This document shows positions 23,295 through 35,485 of a DNA stretch of 54,139 nucleotides, one piece after another (the stretch's first letter is position 1; every line of letters starts with the position of its first letter). Source of the DNA: Sphaerodactylus townsendi (taxonomy: Eukaryota). The notes beneath the pieces were generated by a model, which searched no databases, was not told the origin of the DNA, and was given only the letters and a program-made list of their open reading frames with translations. Both the position numbers and the translations under genes were made by a program. Location: NCBI RefSeq assembly GCF_021028975.2, contig NC_059439.1, positions 22,692,001-22,746,139 of the forward strand, in the 5' to 3' direction.

Positions 23295-23822
23295 CTTGCA
23301 ATTGTTTCTTTACCTGTAATGGTAAAAGGAATTATTTCAATGTCATAAAAATGTGATTGGCCCCTTGTGAATACATTTTGAGTAATTATTATTTTGGTTG
23401 ATTTCACAGCTGCAAGTTCTTTAGCTGGTTGTTGGCCTTTCATTACAATTCGAGCCTCAACCAGAGGCCTAGGAAGTTGTAATGAATCGGCGTAGTATTA
23501 TTATTTTGTGGTAGGAACAGTTTGGCAGAGTAACCTAAACTGAGCAGTGATTGCCAATAAATGAAATGCATTGCACACTACATGATGTGTTTTAAAACAC
23601 AGGAATAAAGGGTTTTTAAGCAACAGAGAAAAATAAATGAAATTTTCACACTGCTGAAGAATTGTAATGGTGCAAGTAAAGAAAAAGAAGCCTCAGTAAT
23701 CGTGGTAGCATTGCTATGCAAGTCCACTGCAAGATGGGAAGGGAGCATTTTTACAAAAATGAGCCCTACCAGTTGTCTCTTTTAGTGACTTAGATGGTTG
23801 CCAATTCTTAATTCTAGACTTC

Positions 23823-23962
23823 GGCCCCTTCCGCACACGCAAAATAATGTGTTTTCAAACCACTTTCACAACTGTTTGCAAGTGGATTTTGCCATTCCGC
23901 ACAGCTTCAAAGAGCACTGAAAGCAGTTTGAAAGTGCATTATTCTGCAGTGCGGAACGAGCC
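23823..23962. mobile_element. ~140-bp Harbinger-type MITE
   Basis: Full copy; TSD TTC/TTC. Confidence 0.88.
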
Positions 23963-24313
23963 TTCAATACTAAAAGATGGGCCTTGCTTGCCATATGCTT
24001 CCCCACTCCCCAGTCAAGCAGCAAACAACACCTTTCCTGAAGCCTCTGCCCTCTCAATCTAGATAACAAAGCCACAGTCTTGATAATGACACAACTGTCC
24101 TCAACATCACAAAGAATATGCAGATGCTCCACATCCTGGCTAATTTGGGTAATAGTAGGAACTCCTTCCACTAGGCAGCTCAATGTAGTTTACTTGAAAT
24201 TCTCCATGGTAGAGTCCCATCTTGGTTACAGACTAGTTTAGCTTTGACTAGGTTCCTTCATCAAGAATCTTCTAACCATTTCTTTTTTTGAGGAGAGAAA
24301 AATAGCACTGACA

Positions 24314-24530
24314 AACATAAGAACGTAAGAACTAGCCTGCTGGATCAGACCAGAGTCCATCTAGTCCAGCACTCTGCTACTCAAGGGGCCCACCAGGTGC
24401 CTTTGGGAGCTCACATGCAGGATGTGAAAGCAGTGGCTTTCTGCTGCTGCAGCCGCTCCCGAGCACCTGGTCTGCTAAGGCATTTGCAATCTCAGATCAA
24501 GGAGGATCAAGATTGGTAGCCATAGATAGA
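24314..24530 (-). mobile_element. CR1 LINE 3' end
   Basis: (AACATAAG)n tail followed by gcctgctggatcagaccagagtccatctagtccagc. Confidence 0.75.
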
Positions 24531-25935
24531 TTTTGGCCAGTGGCATTCTATTTCTCTGGTCATGCAGACTGCAAGTCTCAACACTGTTAGTGTATCAGGC
24601 CTATTCAATAGCTATTTAAGTTCATGTAACTGCACATAGTATACCAAGATGGATATCATTTGTACACTTATATGTAGGTCCAAATGCACTTAGTGGGATT
24701 TCCTCCCAAGTAAATATGTGCAGAACTTCACTGCCTATCCTTTAAGAAGCCTTTTTCACATTCCGCACAAACAGCTATAGTTTTGTTCTAGTAAATACCT
24801 TAAAATCTTTCCACCTTACAAATTAAATTCTCAGATAGGTACTATTCCCAAGTTTCATTTTTGTGCCCATAAGGAAAAGATATGAAAGTATAAGTATATG
24901 CCTTTGATATCAGTTATTCCATAAATACATCCTCCTCACAAATTTATTAGAAATACTTACAAAATATCCTGGGGGTGGGGTTTGCACTAAAGAAATAATA
25001 GAATGTATAATCCACATGGAGATATATTTCCTCCTGTTATACTGAATTGTAAAGAAAATGTCCTCCTTCATCACATATACCAGCATAAAGAACATACACT
25101 TAAAGAAAACCTGTAAGCTTATCTCTGCTAACTTAATAGAACATAACATATAACATAAATCAGGCAATTGTTTGAAATATTTTGCATTTTCTGGACTTGT
25201 TAAAAATGAATATACTTAAACAACTTCTATTATAGTACTAAATAGTGGTCAAATGGCATGTCCGTACTCACATTAATGGGAACCACACATCTTGACACTA
25301 TTTTTTTCACTCTAAACCTGTCCTGGGGAAGAGGTAGGAATGTAGTCCTTTCTAGAATATTGTGAGAAGATATATGCAATAGTTTATGTCAAAGTAGGGA
25401 GAAAGAAAGAGAGGAACTTTAGAAAGTTAAAAGCAAGAGTAGAATGTGGATGTTTCAACATCTTCTCAAGCACTACCTGGAAGATAATTTTTTTTCATCC
25501 TGTTTACATATGAAGATTTTCACCAGCATATAAGCACATTCTAAGTTGAAGTCATGTCATCATCTTCAAACTCAGGGGAACCTGATCTCCAAAGGATTGA
25601 ACACTGGAGTTTAAAGTTAAGAAGTATAGATCCACTTTTCTGACGGCATTATTAACTTATTTAACTTGATAAACAATACTTGATAAACAAAGTGATGGAA
25701 AATATCCACTATCTTTAGTTACTCTGCACAGTCCTTGTGGAAGTAGTGTTGGAACATTACCAATAAAGAGTTGGCCACTATCTAACTGGATATTTAAACT
25801 TTAAAAGGGTTAGCTTCTATCAGCATTTTCACTGCGGGAAGAGGCAAAATGGCCTCCTTGTGACCTCCTCTGATATTATGCCAGGGCCTGTGGTTGGTTT
25901 CCACAAAGGACAGACTACTACAAAGATGATACAGT

Positions 25936-26101
25936 NNNNNNNNNNNNNNNNNNNNNNNNNNNNNNNNNNNNNNNNNNNNNNNNNNNNNNNNNNNNNNNNN
26001 NNNNNNNNNNNNNNNNNNNNNNNNNNNNNNNNNNNNNNNNNNNNNNNNNNNNNNNNNNNNNNNNNNNNNNNNNNNNNNNNNNNNNNNNNNNNNNNNNNNN
26101 N
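25936..26101. other. Assembly gap (166 N)
   Basis: N run. Confidence 1.
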
Positions 26102-27554
26102 ACCGCCCTATCCCCAAGGGGCTCCTTTTTATGTTATGATTTACCTTCAAAAAGAGAACAGAACAGATTACAATTTATCTCCTCAGTGTTCAAGAGAAGC
26201 CACCACTAAAAGAATAGATTTGCAGGATCCAACACATTATCGATGTAATTATACATTATGTCATGACATCAAGCTTTCCTTTTTGGGATTAGGAAGAAGA
26301 TGAAAAATGGAAAGTATCTAAAAATGAATAGTTTTGGTAAACTTCACATATGATACAGTCATCTGTAAAGTCTGTGTAAAAATGAAATAAAAATAATTTG
26401 GACAATGCTGTGTGCCTGGAGATAATACAGAAAGATTATTTCAGAAGTATTCCTAATAAACAAAGATCTGATTTGAACAATCTTCTCCTTTGAAGGTAAA
26501 GAGTAACAAAAAGGCATAACATTAAAAAAGATTGCTCAAAACACTACAAGGTAACTCAATTGGTCTTGTTCCAGGAAATTTTAAGTGTCCAAACTGATCC
26601 TGATTTGGTTGACCTTTGGACTGGCAAAGATAGCTGCAAATATACTTGTGGACTTATGGGTTCTATTCCATCCCCAAGAACCAATCCCTGGACTCACCTA
26701 AGCACAATCATGTTTCTACTTTCATTTTTGAAATGTCACAGGGTACAGGAATTCACAATTCAAATGCCACTGATTTCAGTGGAAGAGTTCTGCATGTGCC
26801 TAACTCCCTCCCATCAAAATTAATGGAAACTGCATGGGCTTAACTATGTGATGTACTTGTGTTGATCCCTGATACATGGATTACATTCACATTACTCTTT
26901 TGCCCAGCAGAGTCTTTGGGGTGAATAAAGGGGACTTATCCTCTGGTTTTCATCAACAAAAAGAAAATATAATTAGATGAAATCCTGAATATATTTTGTG
27001 TATAATTTTAAGATACTGTGGCACAGCTGATAGTCATAATTTGAGTACTTCAAAGCATGCACTGAAGTTTTGTGCCCCCCCCCCAAAAGATCAGTACATA
27101 ACAAGCAATTAGAGGTACAGAATGGCAAGAGGGACTTCATCCATCTAATCATGCTCAAGAGAAAGAGTCAAATGAGGCATTACATATTTCCATAAACAAA
27201 ACCTGTTGGCAATTCTAAAATTCTTTGCATCATTCCTCATCATTGCTACTTGGTCAGAGATGCCCTTTCAATGACCCTGCAAGAAGAAACTAATTAGACT
27301 CTGTGTTTCTCACTAGCTAACCATACACTTGGGTCCTCTTCTACTTATTTAATTATTTGGTGTCTAGTGTTCAATAAGGTTCAATGGACTTAATGGACTC
27401 AAATGAAAATCAGATTCTTTATAGAAAAACTGTGACCTGATCAGTCACCATGAGGTCCAAAAGTCACAGTGGGCCCTCCACTGGCCACACAGACATATGT
27501 AGATCAAGAAGAATTCTTACTGTAAGCCTACTACTATAATGAAAAACTTAAACT

Positions 27555-27645
27555 GCTAATAAATTCCCAAGGTAATAATTTATCATCCTTGCTGTGTCAA
27601 AGTTGCTATCTTCCCCCAGGGAATAAACAGGTTCCCTTCATTAAA
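27555..27645. promoter_or_regulatory. Cluster of O/E (Ebf)-like and homeodomain (Lhx2)-like sites
   Basis: TTCCCAAGGTAA 27564-27575 next to TAATT; TTCCCCCAGGGA 27611-27622; TCATTA 27638-27643. Confidence 0.35.
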
Positions 27646-28099
27646 ATTGTAATAAATGTAATGGTAAAATCTTCATTTTCATTGTGCTTTTCTTGAGACA
27701 TCTGGTAAACTTAACAAAAAAGATATGGTATAATCAGAGAGCAATAATTATCTTCATGAAGGCTTTTACTTATAATGACTAATCAAAAGGACAAACTCTT
27801 CATCAGGTTTAACTATCTTTTAGCCAAAGTGAGCAAACAAGAAAAAAAATGGCAGAGTACCCCACCCCCTTCTAATTTACAATTTGCCAATTGCCAGTGC
27901 TTGGGCACACAATTTTCCTTTGTCTATGATGTCCCAGTTCTTATTTAGGGCCCTACTAGAGTGCATGTCCAGTTCTGTGCCTAATGATATCTCCCCAAGC
28001 TGTACTTGGTCCAAAAGATGAGGAGACTCTTTTGTGCCATTAGGCTCACTTTCTAGAGCAAAATTAAGCCTCCAGAATATCATCAGGGGACTATAGCAA

Positions 28100-28954
28100 G
28101 CCCTTCTGCACATGTAGAATAATGCACTTTCAATTCACTTTCAATGCACTTTGCAGCTGGAGTTTACTGTGCAGAATAGCAAAATCCACTTGCAAATGAT
28201 GGCCGATTTCCCACTGAAAATTAAAAGTAGATTAATCCAAGTTTCAAAGTAAACCGGACCTTTAATCACGGTTTCATAGTCCTCACAGCACCATGTTTCA
28301 ATTGAAGACATCTGGGCTTGCCTCGGATTCCAGCAATGCAACAATCCCCACTGCCACGCGATCTGCTTGCCAGGACTCTCCCGATTGGCTGTCATTCCAT
28401 GTTGGGGTGGGAACTTTTCATCACATCATCATTTCATAACATCGTCTCATGTAGATGTTATCTCAGTCAGACGTTTGAAACAAAGAACTAGTGAGTCTTA
28501 TTACCGAACGTTCCTGTTCTCATTTCCTCATGAAAGCGGTTAAGCATGAGACCAAATCAGAAGAACATAAGAAACTGAGTGAAAGGAAGATGAAACCTAA
28601 AAAAAACCTGTGTGTGCATCATGCATTGGCCGCCGCACTCTGATTGGCTAGAAGCATTTGTGTCACTGTGTATGGGAGGAAATTGAAAAGCAAATCGGAC
28701 ACCTCCCCATGAATCTGGATTGGTAACGTGCTCTGCAAAAAAGTTGCACAAGCAACCAGGTTCTGGGGGAATGTGGGATAAGGAGGGAAGGAGTGACAGA
28801 GCAGGGATTGATCTCTGTTCCAAGGTTTGGCAGTGAGGAGGTTGTGAGGAAACCTCAATATTTCGGGGGACTATCCTGGGATAAATCACCAGTGAGGAAA
28901 TGGCCAATGATGAAAGTGGATTAAAAGTGCATTATTCTGCAAGGGGAAGGGGCC
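28100..28954. mobile_element. Older ~140-bp-family MITE split by a nested insertion
   Basis: Left part 28100-28200; right part 28906-28954 ending in GAAGGGGCC|tta. Confidence 0.8.
28201..28905. mobile_element. 705-bp GGCC-ended non-autonomous DNA transposon
   Basis: Imperfect TIRs GGCCGATTTCCCACTG / CAGTGAGGAAATGGCC; flanks gat/aat; removing it restores the host MITE. Confidence 0.8.
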
Positions 28955-29169
28955 TTAGGTTTACCAGTCTGGACTTGCTATAGTCCCCTGATGAAATTCT
29001 GGAGGCTTAATTTTGCTCTAGAAAGACTGGTGCAAGTGGGGTTGGGTTTATGGGACACTGGTTAGTCAGACTTCATCTAGGCAGATTTGGGCTGTCTGAA
29101 AGTGGTGAAAGACCATGTAATTTCACTTTGCAGTTAGAACTAACTTCATGGGTTACAGATAGTATCACA

Positions 29170-29310
29170 GCCTTCTTCGGCACACGCAAAATAATGCGTT
29201 TTCAAACCACTTTCACAATTGTTTGCAAGTGGATTTTGCCATTCCGCACAGCTTCGAAGAGCACTGAAAGCACTTTGAAAGTGCATTATTCTGCATGTGC
29301 GGAATGAGCC
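29170..29310. mobile_element. ~140-bp Harbinger-type MITE
   Basis: Family sequence; left TIR mutated; right flank tta. Confidence 0.85.
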
Positions 29311-31781
29311 TTAGATTGCCTTTTGCTCCCAAGGAGGCTGTTCTTCAAGAGATCTAGTCTCCCTATGATTCCCGTTTGCTCCTGCTCGGGGAGAGCCAGA
29401 AAGGGGTCTCTGAGATTGTCTTCTAGAATAGCACTGCCTAAGAACAGATCAGTGCAGGCATTGAAGTTCCATCTGGGTTATGTCCTTGAGGTGACTTTTC
29501 TTTGAAGCATCTTCTTTGTTAGTCTTATTCTCTGAGTCATCCATAGATAAGAATGGGATAGAGGGCTTTGGGAGCAACAGATTTTTAAATACACACGTTG
29601 GAAGAATTCCTCTTGAACCAAGGAACCCTTTAGAACCAAACAGAGTTGACAGAATGAGTGCTGAATTAAATGGTAAAATTACCTTCTGGTTCTGCTTTGT
29701 ACTCTTTAAAGATTCCACCGCACACCAGGTCAATATGTGCGGTCTCTCTCTTTAATAGAGTTTTTTTAAAACAGCCTTGAACTCAAGCCTTACATACCAG
29801 TCTCTTGTAGATCTTCAAAACTCTGACTGGTGGACCTTAGTGGAACAAAAAAAATTAACATTTGGAATTTATACCACAGTCACGAGCTATTCTGTCTGCC
29901 TTTGAAAATCTCCAGGCCCCACCTGAAATTTGAAAACCCTACTTTTTGTGTGGTCACATGGGACTCTTTCTCCTTCTTTCATTGGTCAGACAGAATTCAG
30001 TGCATGTTCAGGGACCTCCTCACGCATCCATACTTTCATGGGATCCTCATGTAAGGAATTCCTTGTTTCTTTTTTGACCAGAAAAAAAATCACAAGTGGA
30101 ATCTGCACAATTAAAAAGTTATATCTCAGAATATCTTGCCCAAACTTCTGCAAACGTTCTGCCTACCTAATCATCTTTGTCAGGGAGGATCTCATTACAG
30201 CATCAGTCCTCTGTGGAAACCAAAGTCCCCTGTGAAAACTGAGATAAGTAGTCGAAGAGATTATATTCCCCACTGTTCTATCATTCAGTAACAGTACAGA
30301 ATGATCCATCAGGTGCTTCATGCCATCTTTTGAAACATCACCTTGAATCATAGCTCTCAGTAATACAGTTCTATATCCACATAGCCTGCTTTTATGTCTT
30401 GAAATCGTCATATTGTCCAAACATTTTTTGTTTTAGTCTTGAGTTTCTAGTAATATGTGAAAGGAAGAAAGGAAGCACAGCAGTGAAATTTTCAGTCTTT
30501 CAAAGTTGAACAAAGGTAAGCAACCTATTGCCATGACCTGGATACTCCAGGCTAGACCAATCTCAGCAGGCTTTAGTAAATAAGCAGTGTCAGCCATGGT
30601 TAGTATTTGAATGGAAGAACCTTGTGAGGAATTCAAGGTTCATGACACAAAAGCAGGCAATGGAAAATGACTTCTAAAAATCTCTTGCCTTGAAAACTCG
30701 ACATGGCCGTCTTAGTTAACTGTGACTAGAAGGGGGGGAAAGAGTATGATATTGAAGTGTTTCATTACATTTTGTTCGAGGTAGCCATTCCCTGTTACTG
30801 TGTTACAAATTCTATTCTCAGTATTATTGCTACTTGGTGAAAGGAATTTGATTTTTTTTCTATCAGTGGAAGAAAGGAAATAATGCCCAAAATTTAAAAT
30901 CCTGTCAAGCACAGTCTCTTTCACTGAGGGCTCTTTCTGATGACTAATCAGCAGATGTCTAGAAAAAGGAAAACAAATCAAACATTGGTAGAGCACAGTA
31001 AAAAAGAGTGGGGGAGATGAAACAAGCCACAGCTTCAAATCTTCCCTTAGATTTCAGTCTAATATTGGTCTAGCTGTTAGTTCCCAGCCTCGCTCCCAAT
31101 GTCAATCTGCAATTTGTGGAAACATGTCTAATTTAAAAATGTATTGTAAAACATTTAGAGAGAGAATTTCTGGTCTTTCTTAGAATATGGTAGTACCACA
31201 TCGATGCTTATTGTAACATTGTGATTAGATTTACCTTCCTAATAATCCTAGTTGACTACATGATTATGTACTTCATATCTTTTGTATTTTCTTCTACCTG
31301 TCTTTTCCCCTTAGTTTAGTTGTCTGAAGTCATGAACCCCAGAGATGTATTTGAAAGTGACAGCCCCACATGGTGCAGTGGTTAGTGCTTTGGGCATGGC
31401 TCAACTCCCCGTTATCCCTTGAAGCTCACTTACCATACATACGTATCAACATATACAACAGTCTTATCCTATCAAATTTGTCAGTGAGGATCAATATTAT
31501 CTCTCACCAGCAGCAGTTCTTCAGTATCAGGAAGTAGTGGCTTTATTCAAACACCTGAGGATGAACTTGAAAAAAAGAAGGAGGAAAAAGAAGGGAAAAA
31601 AGCAGTTCTCCTGCCATACCCCTGGAAACTTTTAGCTAGTTACTCTCACTCAGCTAAATCTACTTCATAATAAGTTGTGCTGAACCATCTAAGCATATTT
31701 TATTTGCCACAATCGCAAATGCTTTAATTGTTATAAAAGGTCTGAAATATTTCTTTCCCATAGAGTACAAACTATATCAGC

Positions 31782-32765
31782 ATGATCATGGGGAACATAA
31801 CTACAGTAACACACTTCATCATCTTGGGTTTCCCAACTCTGAAGAAACTTCAACTTCTCCTCTTTGTTGTGGGGTTGACTGTCTATATCTTGACCTTGTG
31901 TGGACATCTCATCATCATCACCATCGTACGCACTGACCAACGTCTCCACACTCCCATGTATTTTTTCCTTAGCAACTTCTCCTTCCTAGAGATATGGTAT
32001 ACCTCAAACATTGTTCCCAAGATGTTAGAAGTCTTCCTAGATAAAGACAAAACTATCACATACACTGGATGCATTACACAACTCTATTTTCTTATCACAT
32101 TTGGCACAGCAGAATGTTTCATTCTTGCAATCATGGCATATGATCGCTACTTAGCCATATGCAACCCCCTGCGCTATCCAACTCTCATGAATAACAAGGT
32201 TTGCCTCCAGTTGGCTGTGTGCGCTTGGGTTGGTGCTTTTATTATCAATATTCCACCACTGGTCTCACTCTGCCAGCTACCATTTTGTGGACCAAATGAA
32301 ATTAACCATTTTTTTTGTGATGCACCCCCTTTACTGAAACTTTCTTGTATTAAACCCCATGCAGCCGAACTGTCTAATTTCATTGTGGCTACCAGCGTCA
32401 TTGTCAGCTCCTTCCTCCTCATACTGGTATCTTACATCTTCATCATCATCACAGTTTTGAAAATCCCCTCTTCTTCTGGGCGACAGAAAGCCTTCTCAAC
32501 CTGTGGGTCTCATCTGGCTGTCGTGATGATTTTCTATGGCACCCTGATGTTCATGTATGTGCGTCCAACATCCAACTTTTCCGTGGATTCTGTGAACTTC
32601 AACAAAGTCGTATCCATGTTCTACACTGTGATCACCCCCTTGCTAAACCCAATCATTTACTGCTTGAGGAACAAGGAGGTCAAAGAAGCCCTGCAGAAAG
32701 CACTCAGGGGGAACTGTCAGCTGCCATCAAAGTCAAGCAGCATTTCAGGTGGGATAATGAAATAG
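31782..32765 (+). CDS. Olfactory receptor, class II, family 6-like (327 aa)
   Basis: LHTPMYFFLSNFSFLEIWYT, MAYDRYLAIC, KAFSTCGSHL, LNPIIYCLRNKE; acceptor ttctttcccatag ending at 31763. The true start may be the second ATG at 31788. Confidence 0.96.
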   Translation: MIMGNITTVTHFIILGFPTLKKLQLLLFVVGLTVYILTLCGHLIIITIVRTDQRLHTPMYFFLSNFSFLEIWYTSNIVPKMLEVFLDKDKTITYTGCITQLYFLITFGTAECFILAIMAYDRYLAICNPLRYPTLMNNKVCLQLAVCAWVGAFIINIPPLVSLCQLPFCGPNEINHFFCDAPPLLKLSCIKPHAAELSNFIVATSVIVSSFLLILVSYIFIIITVLKIPSSSGRQKAFSTCGSHLAVVMIFYGTLMFMYVRPTSNFSVDSVNFNKVVSMFYTVITPLLNPIIYCLRNKEVKEALQKALRGNCQLPSKSSSISGGIMK

Positions 32766-32880
32766 AGATGCCAGTTATAATAGAGCAAAGGTACTAAAAT
32801 TCTGGAGAAGCTCAAAAACCCCTCTACATCACTGCTTCCTTGGAAGTCCAGCTTGATCTGATGCAAAGTTACTCACGTAG

Positions 32881-33179
32881 GGTCCCCTTCGCATGCAAAA
32901 GTCATCACGTTTCGTGCTTTCCACAACAACGGTGCAATGTGAACTTTCCGGGCTGTAGCGCATTCTGCCAGCATTCTCTCCTGACGTTTAGCCTGCATCT
33001 GTGGCTGGCATCTTCAGAGGAGATCCTCTGAAGATGCCGTCTCTATCTACCCATGCTCCGGCCGTAAGCCGCCCGACAATATACTTTCACAGCGGTTTGC
33101 AATTAGTTTTGTTCGCACAACTTCAAAGTATTGAAGCTTATTTTGAGAGGTACATTATTCTGTATGTGCGGAATGAGCC
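32881..33179. mobile_element. Garbled ~140-bp MITE containing a Penelope-like fragment (about 32940-33062)
   Basis: Ends ggtccccttcgca... and ...gcggaatgagcc; interior ccagcattctctcctgacgttt...gatcctctgaagatgcc. Confidence 0.65.
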
Positions 33180-33226
33180 AAGGTTAAGTGCAAGCAAAGA
33201 ACTCAGGCATAGATAGGAACAGTTTA

Positions 33227-33388
33227 ACTAGTCCCTCCCCAACCCTGAACATCTCTATGTAGACTTTCCTGTATGTATCTCCATCAGATCTGCACAGATA
33301 GTTTTCTGACTAGTCCCTTCCCACCCCTGAACATCTCTATGTAGACTTCCCTGTATGTATCTCCATCAGATCTGCACAGATAGTTCTC
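33227..33388. repeat. 82-bp tandem duplication
   Basis: actagtccct...ctgaacatctctatgtagact...cagatctgcacagatagtt x2 with a few mismatches. Confidence 0.9.
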
Positions 33389-34224
33389 TCTGCCTGTCAC
33401 TCTCTATTTTTGTATGCACTTGTAAGCATTGTAACACTTCTGAAGTCACAATTAAAATCATATTGGAATTTTCCTCAAATTTCTACTTCGTTTTGAGATT
33501 CCATAGCACAGGTTTTCAAAGCACATCCTGCTATAGTTTTTTTATCATTGCATATTCACACAAAATAAGCTTTAGATTTAACAGATACTTGTTGATATGG
33601 AATGGCATGGCATGGCAATGTATAGAATGCTACAGGAAAAGGGAAATTCATCCTGCTAGCAGACACACAATCCTAAGGTATTTGTTTAGTACTTTGTTTA
33701 GTACTGCTATATTGGGATGGCTCCATGGTCTGTTCTGCACAGCCTAAATAAGACATCATAGGGATGCTGGAAAGGACTACACATGGCTTTCTTCCCAAGG
33801 CTTCCTCAGGATGCCTTATTAAAGCTCAGGGAACCTTTTTTGGAGAATGTTTCAAAGTGCACCTAAGCTGCCTACAAGACACCTCCTGCCTGGCTATGTG
33901 GAATGTAGTGCTCAGGAGTCATCTTATTTTTCCTGCCCAATCACTTTGCTCTCAGGTGAGTTTCTTTGGGTGTCTGCTGAAAAAAGTTTAGACCCTGAAA
34001 AACTCATTGGTCTTAAAGTGCTTCTGAGTTCAAATTTAGCTGTTTTACTACAGCCCAACATGACCAACTACTGAAATTGTAAAATCTCTGTACATCTAGA
34101 CATATTTATTTATTTAAAATATTTTATTCTGCTTTATTTCTGCTGAAAATACAAAAAAAAGCAACACAGATCTTTTTGAAACATCTGCAGGACGTTTTAT
34201 TTCTGTTTTGCAGAAAGGATCAAA

Positions 34225-34365
34225 GGATCATTCCGCACATGCAGAATAATGCACTTTGAAACTGCTTTCAGTGCTCTTTGAAGCTGTGCGGAATGGCAAA
34301 ATCCACTTGCAAACAGTTGTGAAAGTGGTTTGAAAACGCATTGTTTTGCATGTGCGGAAGGGGCC
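34225..34365. mobile_element. ~140-bp Harbinger-type MITE
   Basis: Full copy; TSD AAA/AAA. Confidence 0.88.
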
Positions 34366-34369
34366 AAAG

Positions 34370-34566
34370 TGATTTATGATTGCTTTCTCTTCCCCTCCCC
34401 ACACAGAAATCTTGTGAGATAGGTGAGGCAGAGAGAGTTCAGAGAGAACTGTCGCTGGTCCAAGGTCACCCAGCAAACCTCATGTGTAGCATTGGGGAAA
34501 CAAATCCGGTTCACCAGATAAGGGTCTGCCACTCGGGTACAGGAGTGGGGAATCAGACCTGGTTCT
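34370..34566 (-). mobile_element. tRNA-SINE (Squam2-like), head truncated at the junction with the OR pseudogene
   Basis: Reverse-complement similarity to 14915-15207 (ccaaggtcacccagc; ggggaatcagacctggttctc). Confidence 0.75.
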
Positions 34567-35124
34567 CTGCGCTATCCAACTCTCATGAATAACAAAGTGT
34601 GTCTTCAATTGGCTGTGTGTTCTTGGGCTGGTGCTGTTATTATCAACATTCCACCACTTGTCTCAATTTGTAGGCTACCATTTTGTGGGCCCAATGAAAT
34701 CAACCATTTCTTTTGTGATGTACCTCCTTTACTGAAACTTTCATGCTTAAACCCACATGAAGCTGAACTGTCCAGTTTCATGGTAGCCACCAGTGTCATC
34801 GTTACTTCATTCTTCTTCATTTCGGTATCTTATATCATCATAATCACAGTTTTGAAAATCCCCTCTTCTTCTGGGCGACAAAAAGTCTTCTCAACCTGTG
34901 GGTCTCATCTGGCTGTCGTGATGATTTTCTATGGCACCCTGATGTTCATGTATGTGCGTCCAACATCCAACTTTTCCGTGGATTCTGTGAACAAAGACAT
35001 ATCCGTGTTCTACACTGTGATCACCCCCATGCTAAACCCAATCATTTACTGCTTGAGGAACAAGGAAGTCAAAGATGCCTTGAGAAAAGCAGTCAGGGAA
35101 GTGTATGCTTGCAGAAAAATTTAG
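34567..35124 (+). pseudogene. 5'-truncated OR6-like pseudogene, paralogue of 31782-32765
   Basis: Homology begins abruptly at ctgcgctatccaact (codon 130 of the paralogue), fused to a SINE. It lacks the N-terminus and TM1-TM3 including MAYDRY, and has in-frame 3-nt and 6-nt deletions. Confidence 0.92.
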
Positions 35125-35349
35125 TAGTCCATAATGAGGGATAGTGAACCAGAGATTCAGATTAAAGTTGCATATGTGGAAGAGACTTGAATGGAAAGGT
35201 AAAAAAAATCAGGCAGCCCAATATAAAACAGAGGGGGCAGGCTGCAGCGCTAATGCAGCACTAACCCACTGTTCCCATAGTGGCTTCCTAGCTGTATGGG
35301 TAGGGTTGCAAAGAAAAAAAGCCTCCCTGCCTTCACAAAGCCTCTATGG

Positions 35350-35485
35350 CCATGGTGGCGAACCTTTGGCACTCCACATGTTATGGTCTACAATTCCCAT
35401 CAGCCCCTGCCAGCATGGCCAATTGTAGGGGCTGATGGGAATTGTAGTCCATAACATCTGGAGTGCCAAAGGTTCGCCACCACTG
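35350..35485. mobile_element. Palindromic hAT MITE
   Basis: CCATGGTGGCGAACCTTTGGCAC...GTGCCAAAGGTTCGCCACCACTG; 8-bp TSD CTCTATGG. Confidence 0.9.

Larger units (their letters stand above)
28049..29025. repeat. 52-bp inverted repeat pair enclosing nested MITEs
   Basis: 28049-28100 is the reverse complement of 28974-29025 with 1 mismatch. Confidence 0.9.

Noticed and set aside
25794-26303. ORFs spanning N runs (also 42177-42677)
   Set aside because: Artefacts of assembly gaps.
29660-29900. Motif look-alikes IDLVCGG (cytosine methyltransferase), PVRVLKIY/STHSV (tyrosine recombinase), KADRIAR
   Set aside because: Catalytic residues and spacing do not fit (no PC after GG, no HSxR), so they are too weak to assign; the region is kept only as unidentified.
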